Assembly: GCA_964291295.2 (NCBI GenBank)
Contig: OZ219754.1
Coordinates: 2,080,001-2,144,000 of the forward strand
Length of the DNA stretch: 64,000 nt
Source of the DNA: an uncultured Candidatus Binatia bacterium
Lineage (GTDB): Bacteria > Desulfobacterota > Binatia > UBA9968 > JAJDTQ01
Direction: 5' to 3'
A program made the translations under genes and the position numbers. The number at the start of each line of letters is the position of its first letter. The stretch's first letter is position 1. The notes beneath the pieces were generated by a model. That model did no database searches. It was given only the letters and a program-made list of their open reading frames with translations, and was not told the origin of the DNA. Of this stretch, positions 9,326 to 19,114 are shown piece by piece.

Positions 9326-10360
9326 TCAACGCGGCAGCGTGTAGACCGTGTCGTCCCACTTCTTCAGCAGCCGCCGCCGTTCGGCGGACGAACCGTACTT
9401 CTTGAAGTCGTAGTCGATCAGCTTGATCTGGCTAAGGTCGGGCGCCTGCGGTGGCGGCGAGGCCTTGCCGTTCGAAGGCACCTGATAGGCCCTGGCCATG
9501 GCCGCCATGGTCTGGATCTTCGGATCAAGGGCGAAGTCCACCCATTTCCTGGCGCTTTCGGGGTTGCGGCCGCCCTTGATGATGCTCACCGAGCCGATCT
9601 CGTAGCCGGTACCCTCGCACGGCGATACGATCTTGATGGGAAAGCCCTTGACCACCTGGGTCACCATGTCGTGCTGGAAGACGATACCGATGGTGGTCTC
9701 GCCCCGGGCCGCCGCCTTGATGGGGGCCGAGCCCGACTTGGTGTATTGGTTGATGTTCTTGTGCAGGCCCTTCATGAGGTCGAAGCCGCCGTCCTCGCCG
9801 AAGACCTGGACGATGGTGGCCAGCGTGGTGTAGGCGGTGCCGGAGGAGTTGGGATTGGCCATTTGAACGTGGCCCTTGTATGCGGGCCGGGTCAGGTCCT
9901 TCCAGCATTTCGGCGCCGGCAAATCGTGCTTCTGCAGCAGTTCGCTGTTGTAGCCGACGCCAAGGGCGCCGGCGTAGATGCCCACCGTGCGGTAGCCGGA
10001 CTGCTCGGCCTGACGCCGCGCCCAGTCCTGCAACTCGGGCAGCCGCGGTGACCGGTACTCTTGGGTCAGGCCTTCTTCGGCCGCCTGGAGGTGCGGGTCG
10101 CCGGTGCCGCCCCACCATACGTCGCCCTTCGGATTGCGCCTTTCGGCCTTGATCTGCGCGAACGTTTCGCCGGAACTCTTCCGCGTCATGGCGACCTTGA
10201 TGCCAGTGGCCTTCTCGAACTCCTTGACCATGAGCTGGCACCACTCGATCTGGGGGCTGCAATACAGGGTCAACTTGCCGGCGGCCATGGCCGTGCCGGC
10301 GGCGGACCCCACAAAGCCCGAAATGACCAACGCAATCACTGAAAGCCGAATAATTCTCAT
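9326..10360 (-). CDS. ABC substrate-binding protein (AfuA-like)
   Basis: Signal peptide; LYCS, SSGET, NPKGDVWWGGTGDPH, ANPNSSGTAY. Confidence 0.9.
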   Translation of the reverse strand: MRIIRLSVIALVISGFVGSAAGTAMAAGKLTLYCSPQIEWCQLMVKEFEKATGIKVAMTRKSSGETFAQIKAERRNPKGDVWWGGTGDPHLQAAEEGLTQEYRSPRLPELQDWARRQAEQSGYRTVGIYAGALGVGYNSELLQKHDLPAPKCWKDLTRPAYKGHVQMANPNSSGTAYTTLATIVQVFGEDGGFDLMKGLHKNINQYTKSGSAPIKAAARGETTIGIVFQHDMVTQVVKGFPIKIVSPCEGTGYEIGSVSIIKGGRNPESARKWVDFALDPKIQTMAAMARAYQVPSNGKASPPPQAPDLSQIKLIDYDFKKYGSSAERRRLLKKWDDTVYTLPR

Positions 10361-10672
10361 GGTGCTGTCCTCCCTGTTCCGTGGGGGCGCCACCTTCACG
10401 AGTGCCGCTCCCCGGCCATTCTTGCCGGTCTTGCCGGTATTCTCGAGTCACGACCATACTACATCTGATGCGCCGTTTGTAAACCAGTCGCATGGATGCA
10501 TTACGTGGACTCTCCATCATTCCGGGTCCTTCGGGAGCACCCGACACGCGCTTCCCGCCTTGGCCCGTCATCCATGTGCGGGGGACGGGGACAGGGCGCG
10601 GCCGAGTTGAATCCGTGTCCACGGGGCTGCTATAGGGCAGGCAACCGCTTGCCATCAAGGGAGTTCCACTTC

Positions 10673-11470
10673 ATGAAGACCGTCGGTATCGTGGGTTGTG
10701 GGGCCATCGGAAAAGGGCTGTTGCAGGCCATCGCTTCGGGCGCCGTCACCGCCGACGCTTGCGTCGCCAGCCGCACGGAAAGCTCGTGCCGGGAGTTCCT
10801 CGGGACCCTGGAGAAGGCGGTGCCGTTTCTTCCTCTGGACGATCTCGTCGCGCGCGCCGACATCGTGGTGGAAGCGGCCGGGGGCGCGGTGGTGCCGGAG
10901 CTGGCGCGGCGGGCGTTCGACGCCGGCAAGGACCTCATGGTCATCAGCGTGGGTGCGTTGCTGGACCACCCCGAGATCATCGAGCGGTCGCGGCAAACCG
11001 GTTGCCGGTTGCTGCTGCCTTCCGGCGCCATTGCGGCACTGGACGGCATCAAGTCGGCATGCGCCGGAGCGGTGGCCCACGTGACCATCACCACCCGGAA
11101 GCCGCCCCACGGCCTTGAAGGCGCTCCCTACCTGGTGCAGAACGCTATTTCCCTGGCCGGCATGACCGAGCCCCGGGAGCTCTTTTCAGGCACCGCGCGG
11201 GAAGCCTGCCGGGCCTTTCCAGCCAACGTCAATGTGTCGGCGGCGGTGAGCCTGGCCGGTCTCGGGCCGGACCGGACGCGGATACGGATACTGGCGGTGC
11301 CGGGACTTGAGCGGAACTGCCACGACGTCGAGGCGGAGGGGGAGTTCGGCCGCCTGACCCTGCACATCGAAAATGTTCCCACCGAGAACCCGCGCACCGG
11401 GCGTCTCACCGTGTTGTCCATGATCCGGTCGCTTCAGGATGCCCTGGATCCCGTCCGGGTGGGCACTTGA
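10673..11470 (+). CDS. nadX: L-aspartate dehydrogenase family protein
   Basis: GIVGCGAIG, VVEAAG, PSGAIAALD, FPANVNV, ENPRTG. Confidence 0.88.
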   Translation: MKTVGIVGCGAIGKGLLQAIASGAVTADACVASRTESSCREFLGTLEKAVPFLPLDDLVARADIVVEAAGGAVVPELARRAFDAGKDLMVISVGALLDHPEIIERSRQTGCRLLLPSGAIAALDGIKSACAGAVAHVTITTRKPPHGLEGAPYLVQNAISLAGMTEPRELFSGTAREACRAFPANVNVSAAVSLAGLGPDRTRIRILAVPGLERNCHDVEAEGEFGRLTLHIENVPTENPRTGRLTVLSMIRSLQDALDPVRVGT

Positions 11471-11518
11471 GCGGTCTTGCGGGCAGGGTTGAGGGCGGGG
11501 GGTTGACGCGGTAACGCC

Positions 11519-13114
11519 ATGACGAACGTCGAGACCATTGTCCGCACGCTGGAGCAGGCTGGAGTCCGCTGGGTCTTCGGCATCCCCAGCGGTCCGGTGC
11601 TGCCGCTCATCGAGGCTCTGGGCCGTAGCGCGGTGGAGTTCGTGCTGACCGCCAGCGAGACCTCCGCGGGCTTCATGGCTGCCACGGTGGGCGAGCTGAC
11701 CGGCACCCCGGGCATCTGCACCGCCACGGTGGGGCCGGGCGCCACCAATCTTGCCACCGGCGTGGGCTGCGCCTGGCTCGACGGCGCGCCCGTGCTGGCC
11801 ATCACCTGCAATGTTTCCAGCCCCTGGCTCCGGCGCCGGGTACAGATGCGCATCGACCACAACGCCCTTTTCCGGCCCCTCACCAAGGCCACCTTCGCCC
11901 TGGGCGCGGATGACGTTGCGGACAGGATGGCGGAGTCGTTGGCCCTGGCCGCGGCGGAGCCGCCGGGCCCTGTGCATCTCGACCTGCCCGAGGACGTGGG
12001 AGTGGCGCCGTCCCGGGGCGATGCGCCGGCGCCGGCGCCGGCACCGGCGCTGGCGGACGTTGCGGATGCGGCCCGGACGGTGCTCGGCGCGGCATTGCGC
12101 CGGAGCCGCCGGCCGCTGGTGATCACCGGACTGACCTTTGCGCGCTGCGCCGCCGCCGACTCGCTGCTGCGCTTTGTGGAAGGCCACCGTCTCCCCTTCG
12201 TTTCGACCATGCACGCCAAGGGTTGCCTCCCGGAGAGTCATCCCAACTGGGCCGGGGTCATCGGGCGCGCCCGGCGCACCGACGTGCAGCGCATCCTCGA
12301 CCGCGCCGACCTCATCGTCGCGGTGGGGTACGACCCCATCGAGATCAACTACGAGGAGTGGGCCGGGGAGACGCCGGTCTTCCATCTGAGTACGACCCCT
12401 GCCGAGACCGATCCCCGCGTCCGGTTCGTGTTCAACCGCGGCGGCGACCTCGATCAGGCGCTACGGTGCTGGGAGGAGGCGGCGCCGGTGGCCAACGACT
12501 GGACTCCGGAGGAGTGGGACGCGCACCGGAACCGCCTGGCGCGGAAGCTCCGGCCGGACGGGAGCGGGTTCGCCGCGCATCACGTGCTCGACGCCCTGCG
12601 CGCAGCCCTCCCCGCCGACGGCATCCTGGCCTGCGATGTGGGCGCCCACACCCACCAGATCGCAAGCCAATGGCAAACCGACCTGCCGCGCACCCTGCTG
12701 GCCACCAACGGCTGGTCATCCATGGGTTTCGGCATGCCTGCCGCCTATGCGGCCCGGATGGTCCATCCCCGCCGCGCGGTGGCGGGGGTGGTGGGGGATG
12801 GCTGTTTCCAGATGACCGCGGGGGAGCTGGCAGTGGCCCGGCGGCGCAATCTGGCCGTCCCCATCATCGTCCTCAATGACGGCTGGCTCGGTCTCATGAA
12901 GGTGAAGCAGGAGCGCCGGGAGTTCCCGCTCTCGGGTGTGGAATTGGGTTCCCGGCCCCTCTCGCCGCCGCACTACTTCGGTGTCCCGTGCCGGAGTGCC
13001 GAGAATCTCCAGCAGTTCGAAGCCGCCCTTCAGTGGGGTCTGAATCTCGGCGGCCCCAGTGTCATCGAAGCCTTCATCGACGTGGAGCCGTACTCCAGCA
13101 CGGTCTTCGACTGA
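11519..13114 (+). CDS. Thiamine-pyrophosphate-binding enzyme (acetolactate synthase-like)
   Basis: VFGIP, GPGATN, GPVHLDLP, DVGAH, SSMGFG, GDG...N TPP motif. Confidence 0.9.
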   Translation: MTNVETIVRTLEQAGVRWVFGIPSGPVLPLIEALGRSAVEFVLTASETSAGFMAATVGELTGTPGICTATVGPGATNLATGVGCAWLDGAPVLAITCNVSSPWLRRRVQMRIDHNALFRPLTKATFALGADDVADRMAESLALAAAEPPGPVHLDLPEDVGVAPSRGDAPAPAPAPALADVADAARTVLGAALRRSRRPLVITGLTFARCAAADSLLRFVEGHRLPFVSTMHAKGCLPESHPNWAGVIGRARRTDVQRILDRADLIVAVGYDPIEINYEEWAGETPVFHLSTTPAETDPRVRFVFNRGGDLDQALRCWEEAAPVANDWTPEEWDAHRNRLARKLRPDGSGFAAHHVLDALRAALPADGILACDVGAHTHQIASQWQTDLPRTLLATNGWSSMGFGMPAAYAARMVHPRRAVAGVVGDGCFQMTAGELAVARRRNLAVPIIVLNDGWLGLMKVKQERREFPLSGVELGSRPLSPPHYFGVPCRSAENLQQFEAALQWGLNLGGPSVIEAFIDVEPYSSTVFD

Positions 13115-13322
13115 TCCGTTGATTCGCAGACTCCCTCCCGCTTCAGCGAGCCCCGGGTGTTGCCCGGGGGCGGCCCGCAGGTGTTCCAGCCGCATCATCA
13201 GGCTGTGGAGGGCTGCGGCCACGGGCGGGTCTGAAGCCCGGTCCCGGGGGTGGTTCCCGGCCTCGGGGCAGCCGCGGGCGTTCATGGCGTATCCCCGGGA
13301 ATTGCGGTAGGGTAGGGCCGGT

Positions 13323-14516
13323 ATGGCCACCGAGCCCCGCATCCGCAGGAATGTCCTCGTCCTGGCCACGTGCCAGATGCTGTTCGGGTCCTCGCGAACG
13401 CTTCTCATCGCCACGACGCCGGTCATCGCCCTGGGCATGGGCTACAAGGCGCTGGCCACCGTGCCGGCGGCACTGGTGATCGTCGGCACCGCCATCGCGA
13501 CCATGCCGGCCTCGATGTTCATGCGTGTCACCGGACGTCGTCTGGGGTTCATGATCGGCGCCGGTATCGGCGCCTTGGCCGGCGTGATGGTCCTCGGCGC
13601 CATCATCCAGGCCAGGTTCGGGCTGTTGTGCCTCGCCAGCCTCACCTACGGGATCTTCGCTGCCTTCGGGCAGTACTTTCGCTTTGCCGCGGCCGATACC
13701 GCACCCCGGCACTTCAGGAGCAAGGCCATCTCCCTGGTGCTGGCGGGGGGCGTCGTGGCGGCCTTCGTCGGTCCTTACCTGGCCGAGACCGGCGAGAATC
13801 TCCTCGCCGCGGGCGAGTTCATGGGTTCCTATGTTTTCCTCATCGGGCTCATGGTGCTCATCGCCCTTGCGCTGATCTTCCTCAACATTCCCAAGCTCAC
13901 CCCGAGCGAGCGTGCCGCCGCCCAGCGCTCCCTGACCCGGATCATGCTGCAGCCGGTGTTCATCGCCGCCACCCTGGCGGCCACCATGGGGCAAGGGGTC
14001 ATGAACCTGTTGATGACGGCGATCCCCATCGCCATGGTGGAGGCCGATTTCGAGTTTGCCGACACCGCGTTCGTCATAAGCTGGCACAGCTTCGGGATGT
14101 TCGCGCCGGGGTTCGTCACAGGCTCCCTGATCAAGCGCTTCGGAGAGGTGCGCGTCATCCTGACGGGACTGACCTTGCAGCTCGCGTGCATCGGGGTGGC
14201 GCTTTCGGGCGAGGGCGTGATGGAGTTCTGGCTTTCCATGCTGCTCCTGGGCGTGGGCTGGAACTTCGCCTTCACCGGGGGCACGTCGCTCCTGACCTCG
14301 TCCTACAACCCGGCGGAGCGGGCCAAGACCCAGGGAGCCATGAGCTTCATCAACTACGCCTTCGTGGCGGTGGTGTCGCTGTCGTCCGGGGCGCTGCTCC
14401 ACTTCTTCGGCTGGGAATGGGTCAATCTGAGCAGCATCCCGCTGCTCGCCATTGCGGCCGTGGCGACGTCGTGGTTCGCGTTCTCCAGGTCTCCTGCCGC
14501 ACCGGCGCCTGCCTGA
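13323..14516 (+). CDS. MFS transporter
   Basis: About 12 TM helices; YFRFAAAD, AISLVLAGG, GVGWNF. Confidence 0.9.
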   Translation: MATEPRIRRNVLVLATCQMLFGSSRTLLIATTPVIALGMGYKALATVPAALVIVGTAIATMPASMFMRVTGRRLGFMIGAGIGALAGVMVLGAIIQARFGLLCLASLTYGIFAAFGQYFRFAAADTAPRHFRSKAISLVLAGGVVAAFVGPYLAETGENLLAAGEFMGSYVFLIGLMVLIALALIFLNIPKLTPSERAAAQRSLTRIMLQPVFIAATLAATMGQGVMNLLMTAIPIAMVEADFEFADTAFVISWHSFGMFAPGFVTGSLIKRFGEVRVILTGLTLQLACIGVALSGEGVMEFWLSMLLLGVGWNFAFTGGTSLLTSSYNPAERAKTQGAMSFINYAFVAVVSLSSGALLHFFGWEWVNLSSIPLLAIAAVATSWFAFSRSPAAPAPA

Positions 14517-14724
14517 AAGCCTGTGCCGCCGGACGCTTCGGCAGGGGGCGCCGGGAGTTTCGTCCACCAGAATGGCGGCCATGTGCCGCCTCCTCCCCGC
14601 CTCGTCCCGTGGTTGGCCGCGCCGGGCGCGAATCGGGGCTCCGGCAGCTCTCCCTCCCGCGGCCATTGGCCGCCGCGCCGGCTTCTGGCCCGCGCGTGAC
14701 GCTTGGGCGCGCCGGAGAGTGCGG

Positions 14725-15105
14725 CTACAGCACCGCCACCACCTCGATCTGGAACAGCATGTCGCCGCGAACGGGAGACTTGATGGCGTGGCGGGCGGGT
14801 CGGTCGTGCGCGTCCGGGTACATCGCGAGCCAGGCCTTGTTGATGGCGTCACGGTACTCCTCTTCCTTGAGATAGACCGTCATCCGCACGATGTCGTCGG
14901 GGCTGCCGCCGGCCAACTCCATGAACTTGCGGATGTTGTCGAAAAGCACCTCCGCCTGCGTGTCCGGGTCCGGCGGCAGTTTCCCGGTCGCACCGTCCCG
15001 GCCCGAGATGCCGGAGGACCAGACGAGGTTGCCGATTCTCGCTCCCATGGGGATCGGCGCATTGTGCGGCACGCCCGGCAATTCGATACTGACGCGTTTG
15101 GACAT
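14725..15105 (-). CDS. RidA/YjgF family protein
   Basis: SSGISG, DIVRMTVYL, RPARH, QIEVVAVL. Confidence 0.9.
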   Translation of the reverse strand: MSKRVSIELPGVPHNAPIPMGARIGNLVWSSGISGRDGATGKLPPDPDTQAEVLFDNIRKFMELAGGSPDDIVRMTVYLKEEEYRDAINKAWLAMYPDAHDRPARHAIKSPVRGDMLFQIEVVAVL

Positions 15106-15142
15106 GGACTGGCTCCTTCCGTGTCGTTTCGGAAACTGGGGC

Positions 15143-16405
15143 TCAAACGGCGGCGGTTTCCGGGTCTTTCGCCCCTCTTGCCGTCACCGCCAACAGCACC
15201 GCGGCGATCAGCAGCACCACCAGCGTGCTGAACCCCAGCGACCCGTTGATGCCGAAGTACGCGCCGGCAAAGCCCACGGTGATGCCGCTGAAGGTCCGCA
15301 GCCCCTGCGCGGCCATGTTGTAAAGCCCGATCAGGCGTCCGCGAAGATTCACCGGGGCCTCGAGTTGTACCAGCGTCTGGGCCATGGACAGGAACGCGAG
15401 ATTGAGCACGCCGGCGCAGAACAGGAACAGCAGGGCCAGGACGTAGTGAGAGGTGACGGCAAAGGCGGTCATGGCGCAACACCACAGCATGGCCAGGATG
15501 ATGGCGGTGGAGGCCCGTGGCCTGAACAGACCGCGTATTTCCAGCAGCAGACCGCCGGTGACGGCGCCGGCGCCGTTGGCGGCGAACAACGCGGCGTAGC
15601 CGAAGCCCAGCTCCTCCGCCCCGAGCGCCAGCGCGTACGCCGGCATCAGGGCCTGAAACGCATTGCCCACGAAGAAGGCGTAAAATCCCACCAGCAGGAT
15701 CATGGCCAGCAGGACCCGGTTGTGGGATGCTCCCCACAGCGCCGAAAGCGCCTCGGCCCAGCCTCCCCCCCTGCTCTGTCGTCCGGAACCATGCCCCGTG
15801 TAGGGTACGCGCCGGCACCAGATCACCAGCGGCACATAGAGGAGGGCGTTGACGCACAGCGCCCGCGTGGGCCTCAGCAACAACAGGATGCCGCCTCCCA
15901 CCGCGGGGCCGAACAGAATTCCCAGCTGCCGCCCCGTCGCCAGCAGCCGGATGCCGCTCTGAAGCGTCTCTGCCCCCACCACATCGTAGATCATGAGTTG
16001 GCGTGACGGGTTCCAAAGGGCGCCCGCCAGGCCGTGAAGGCTCAACAGGATGACCGAATGCCACATCTCGAGACGTTCGGTGTAAAACAGGACGGCCCAG
16101 GTGAGGCTTACCGAAATGAACAGCGCCTGGGACCCTTGCATGATCCGGCGGCAATCGAAGCGGTCCGCCAGCGCGCCGAAATACCACGAGAACATCAGCG
16201 CCGGCAGCCAGTGGCCGATGACGGCGAAGCCCTGCAGGGTCTCCGACCGAAACAACTGGTAAATGATCCCGTAGCTGATGACATGCTCGATGTTGTCGGC
16301 CATCATCGACAGCATGTTGCCGACGAAGAACCACGCGAAGTCCCGATTTCGCAATGCGGCAAACGCCGGCGGCTGTCGGGCGGGCGAGGTCGTGGGTGTG
16401 CTCAT
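15143..16405 (-). CDS. MFS transporter
   Basis: FAALRNRDF, GALADRFDCRR, LRGRLIGLY; about 12 TM helices. Confidence 0.9.
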   Translation of the reverse strand: MSTPTTSPARQPPAFAALRNRDFAWFFVGNMLSMMADNIEHVISYGIIYQLFRSETLQGFAVIGHWLPALMFSWYFGALADRFDCRRIMQGSQALFISVSLTWAVLFYTERLEMWHSVILLSLHGLAGALWNPSRQLMIYDVVGAETLQSGIRLLATGRQLGILFGPAVGGGILLLLRPTRALCVNALLYVPLVIWCRRVPYTGHGSGRQSRGGGWAEALSALWGASHNRVLLAMILLVGFYAFFVGNAFQALMPAYALALGAEELGFGYAALFAANGAGAVTGGLLLEIRGLFRPRASTAIILAMLWCCAMTAFAVTSHYVLALLFLFCAGVLNLAFLSMAQTLVQLEAPVNLRGRLIGLYNMAAQGLRTFSGITVGFAGAYFGINGSLGFSTLVVLLIAAVLLAVTARGAKDPETAAV

Positions 16406-16627
16406 GAGGTGCGAACGCCCTCGGATGCGGGTGCGCTGGCGTTCACTTTAGACAAGTTGCCGGCTCATTGACAATCGCGAACGCCGGGAGGGGGATGGAA
16501 AGGGCAGAAGCGGAAGGCAGCAGCGGAAGGGGCAGCCTCGGGAGGGAAGCCGCGATGGCGGCGTTGGTGAGGGAGGAGGGCAGCCGCCGGCGGCCGCTCT
16601 CCTCCCCGGCTGGCGGAACGGTCGGCC

Positions 16628-17182
16628 CTACCGGTGCCTGCGGCCCTTGCTGCTTTGCAGCAGCCGTTTCAGAATGCGGTCGGCCACGGCCGACTGCTCG
16701 GGGGTCAGGACTTCGCGCACCGCCAGTGCGGCATCGGTGCGTGCGCGCAGCATGTCTCCCCGCATCCCGGTGATCTCGTCGACCTTTGCGTTGATCCCGG
16801 CCCTGTCCGGAGTCTCCTGCGATATCATTTCCCGGAGTTCGATACGGGCGACCTTGACGTTGGCGCGCAGGATGATGTTCTTCTTCCGCGCTTCCGCCAG
16901 CACGCTCTTGATCTTTTCGTCCTGCTCGTCGGTCAGCTTCAGCTTCGTCAGGTTCGTGAGCTTCGTGAGCATGCCTTCGATCATGTGCTCCTGGAACATG
17001 CTCCCCCGGCCTTCATGTCCGTGTCCGTGTCGTCTCCCCCGCTCTTCGCCCCCCTCGGAGCGACCGATGCGGGGGCCGTCACCCTGACGCCCTTCGCCCT
17101 GCTGGCTCCACGCGACGCCCCCGGAAAGCCCCATCAGGAGCAGGGGTACCATCATCAATGCCGTGCGTCCGGGATGTCTCAT
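16628..17182 (-). CDS. Spy/CpxP-family periplasmic protein (start ambiguous)
   Basis: Signal peptide, His/Gly-rich linker, two LTxEQ motifs (LKLTDEQ, VLTPEQ). Confidence 0.82.
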   Translation of the reverse strand: MRHPGRTALMMVPLLLMGLSGGVAWSQQGEGRQGDGPRIGRSEGGEERGRRHGHGHEGRGSMFQEHMIEGMLTKLTNLTKLKLTDEQDEKIKSVLAEARKKNIILRANVKVARIELREMISQETPDRAGINAKVDEITGMRGDMLRARTDAALAVREVLTPEQSAVADRILKRLLQSSKGRRHR

Positions 17183-17317
17183 CCTGATTCTCATCCTGAT
17201 TCCTTTCATCCTTGTTCTCCTCATCCTGGTCCTCCTTGTTTCGGGTTCTCCTTGCGTGACGGGTTCGATCCGGATCGTGGTCACATCGATTAGACGCGGC
17301 TTGGTTCCCGGAGTGCG

Positions 17318-17770
17318 TCAATTGCCGTCGCGCAGCGACTCGAGGCGGGAAATCATGCGCTCGCGGTTCTTTCTCCGCCGCTCGCGGAAGTGACCGGTAC
17401 GTCGTTCCAGCTTGCGTGCCTGCAGCTCGTCGAGGGCCGGCCTGATCCTGCCGTGGAACTCGAGGAGGATCCGGTCGGTCTCTTCGAGAGCGCGGATCCG
17501 CGCCCGGTAAAGGTCTCTCCGGATCTCACGCAGCAGCGGTCCGATCTCGGCCATCTGTCCATCGGACAGGTCGAGTTCCTGTTGCAGCATGCGGAGGTAC
17601 CGGCCGCTGAAGCCGCGTCTCCTCCCCCGGCGGTGTTCCCCGCCGTCGCCGGTGTCATGCCAGACCCGGCTCCACAGGTACTTCACGGGGTAGGCCTGAC
17701 CCACCAGGGCACCGCCCGCGAGCCCCAGGAGGAAAACGCCCACCACTGCGATCAAGGCTTTGCGTTTCAT
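17318..17770 (-). CDS. Membrane-anchored periplasmic helical protein (Spy/heavy-metal-sensor-like)
   Basis: MKRKALIAVVGVFLLG anchor, LQQELDLSDGQ; 4-nt overlap with the anti-sigma gene. Confidence 0.7.
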   Translation of the reverse strand: MKRKALIAVVGVFLLGLAGGALVGQAYPVKYLWSRVWHDTGDGGEHRRGRRRGFSGRYLRMLQQELDLSDGQMAEIGPLLREIRRDLYRARIRALEETDRILLEFHGRIRPALDELQARKLERRTGHFRERRRKNRERMISRLESLRDGN

Positions 17771-18225
17771 GGATTTCGAGCTCCCACCCATGCCATCAGG
17801 ACCGCGTCGGGCTCGTCCGCGGGCACGCTCTCCTGTCCCGGCCCGCCCTCCAGCATGGTGATGGCGGCCAGGGCCTGCTCCGGGGGTTCGCGCAGCATGC
17901 CGCGCCACAGGCCTGCGCCGGCCAGAAGCAACACCGCCAGCGCAAAGGCCGGCGCCAACCGGCGGCTGAACAACAGCAGGGCGTCGCTGAGGGATGCACG
18001 CCGGCCCTCTTCCTCGCGGATCCTGGCCGCGACCCCGGGCCATGCCGGCCGCTGGGCGGCGGGCTCGGGCGCGGCGGTGAAGAACCGCAGCCAGAGCTGC
18101 TCCTCCCGGAGGACTGTGCGGCAGGCCGGGCACGACCCGGCGTGTTCGCCGTGGGCGTCCGGGACGCCCTCCGTCAGCTTCGCGCCGGCTGTTTCCAGCC
18201 ATTGCCTGAAGTCATTGCAGGTCAC
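17767..18225 (-). CDS. Putative zinc-finger (ZAS-type) anti-sigma factor
   Basis: MTC...HAGSCPAC (HxxxCxxC) then one TM helix; directly downstream of ECF sigma. Confidence 0.82.
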   Translation of the reverse strand: MTCNDFRQWLETAGAKLTEGVPDAHGEHAGSCPACRTVLREEQLWLRFFTAAPEPAAQRPAWPGVAARIREEEGRRASLSDALLLFSRRLAPAFALAVLLLAGAGLWRGMLREPPEQALAAITMLEGGPGQESVPADEPDAVLMAWVGARNP

Positions 18226-18228
18226 GAA

Positions 18229-18858
18229 TCACCTCCGGGCCCGTTCGGCAACATGGGGGGCGAGCCGCTGCCGCAGCCGCTCCCGGGCGCGTGCGTGCCG
18301 TGACTTGACCGTGCCCACCGAACATTTCAGGATAGCCGCGACTTCCTGGTAGGAGTTCCCCTCCATGTCCTTGAGGGTCACGACCACGCGCATGGGGTCG
18401 GGCAGGGAGGCCACGATTCGTGCCACCAGACGGCTGACCGTGGTGTCCGGGGGCTCGCGCTCCCCGCCGTCCCCAGGCTCCTCGAGGGAGAGCAGGTCGC
18501 GCAGGCCCCGTACCGCCGCTTCCCCGGGCTCGGCGTCGAGGGATACCGTGCCTGATTGCCTCTTGAGCTCGTCCCGGGCGCGGTTGATGGCAATGCGCGT
18601 GATCCAGGTGCCGAATGTGGCATCTTCCCGGAACTTGCCCAGCGAGAAGAAAGCCTTGACGAACACCTCCTGCACGACGTCGTCCACGTCCCCGTGATCG
18701 GGGCCCAGGAGTCTCGCGACGATCCGGTGGATGCGCGCCTGGTAGCGCTCCACCAGGAGCCGATAGGCGTCCGAATCACCGTCCCGAACCCGTCGCACCA
18801 CATCCCTCTCGGCATCTTCCAGGGTGAGGGGACACGGCAGAGCTTCCGTCATCCTCAA
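18229..18858 (-). CDS. ECF sigma-70 factor
   Basis: DDVVQEVFVKAF, FGTWITRIAIN, SYQEVAAILKCSVGTVKSR. Confidence 0.95.
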   Translation of the reverse strand: MRMTEALPCPLTLEDAERDVVRRVRDGDSDAYRLLVERYQARIHRIVARLLGPDHGDVDDVVQEVFVKAFFSLGKFREDATFGTWITRIAINRARDELKRQSGTVSLDAEPGEAAVRGLRDLLSLEEPGDGGEREPPDTTVSRLVARIVASLPDPMRVVVTLKDMEGNSYQEVAAILKCSVGTVKSRHARARERLRQRLAPHVAERARR

Positions 18859-19114
18859 TCGTTTTCCTCGCTCAAACGGACTGCTTCATACCGTTAGACA
18901 GCGGCGGGTTCCGGCCCGCGCGAAAAAGGCGGGAGGCACGTCTCAGGCAAAGCGCCGCATCCGTGGCGGCGGCATCTTCGACGCTGGCGCGCGCGGCATG
19001 GCGCCGGCCGCCGCCGCGAACCCCTCCCGGCGTTCGATGCCCCCTCGTGGCCGGGCAGCCGTGGAAAGGGTCGGGTTCGGGTACCGCGTGCGTCCGGACC
19101 GGCCAGGCGACCGC

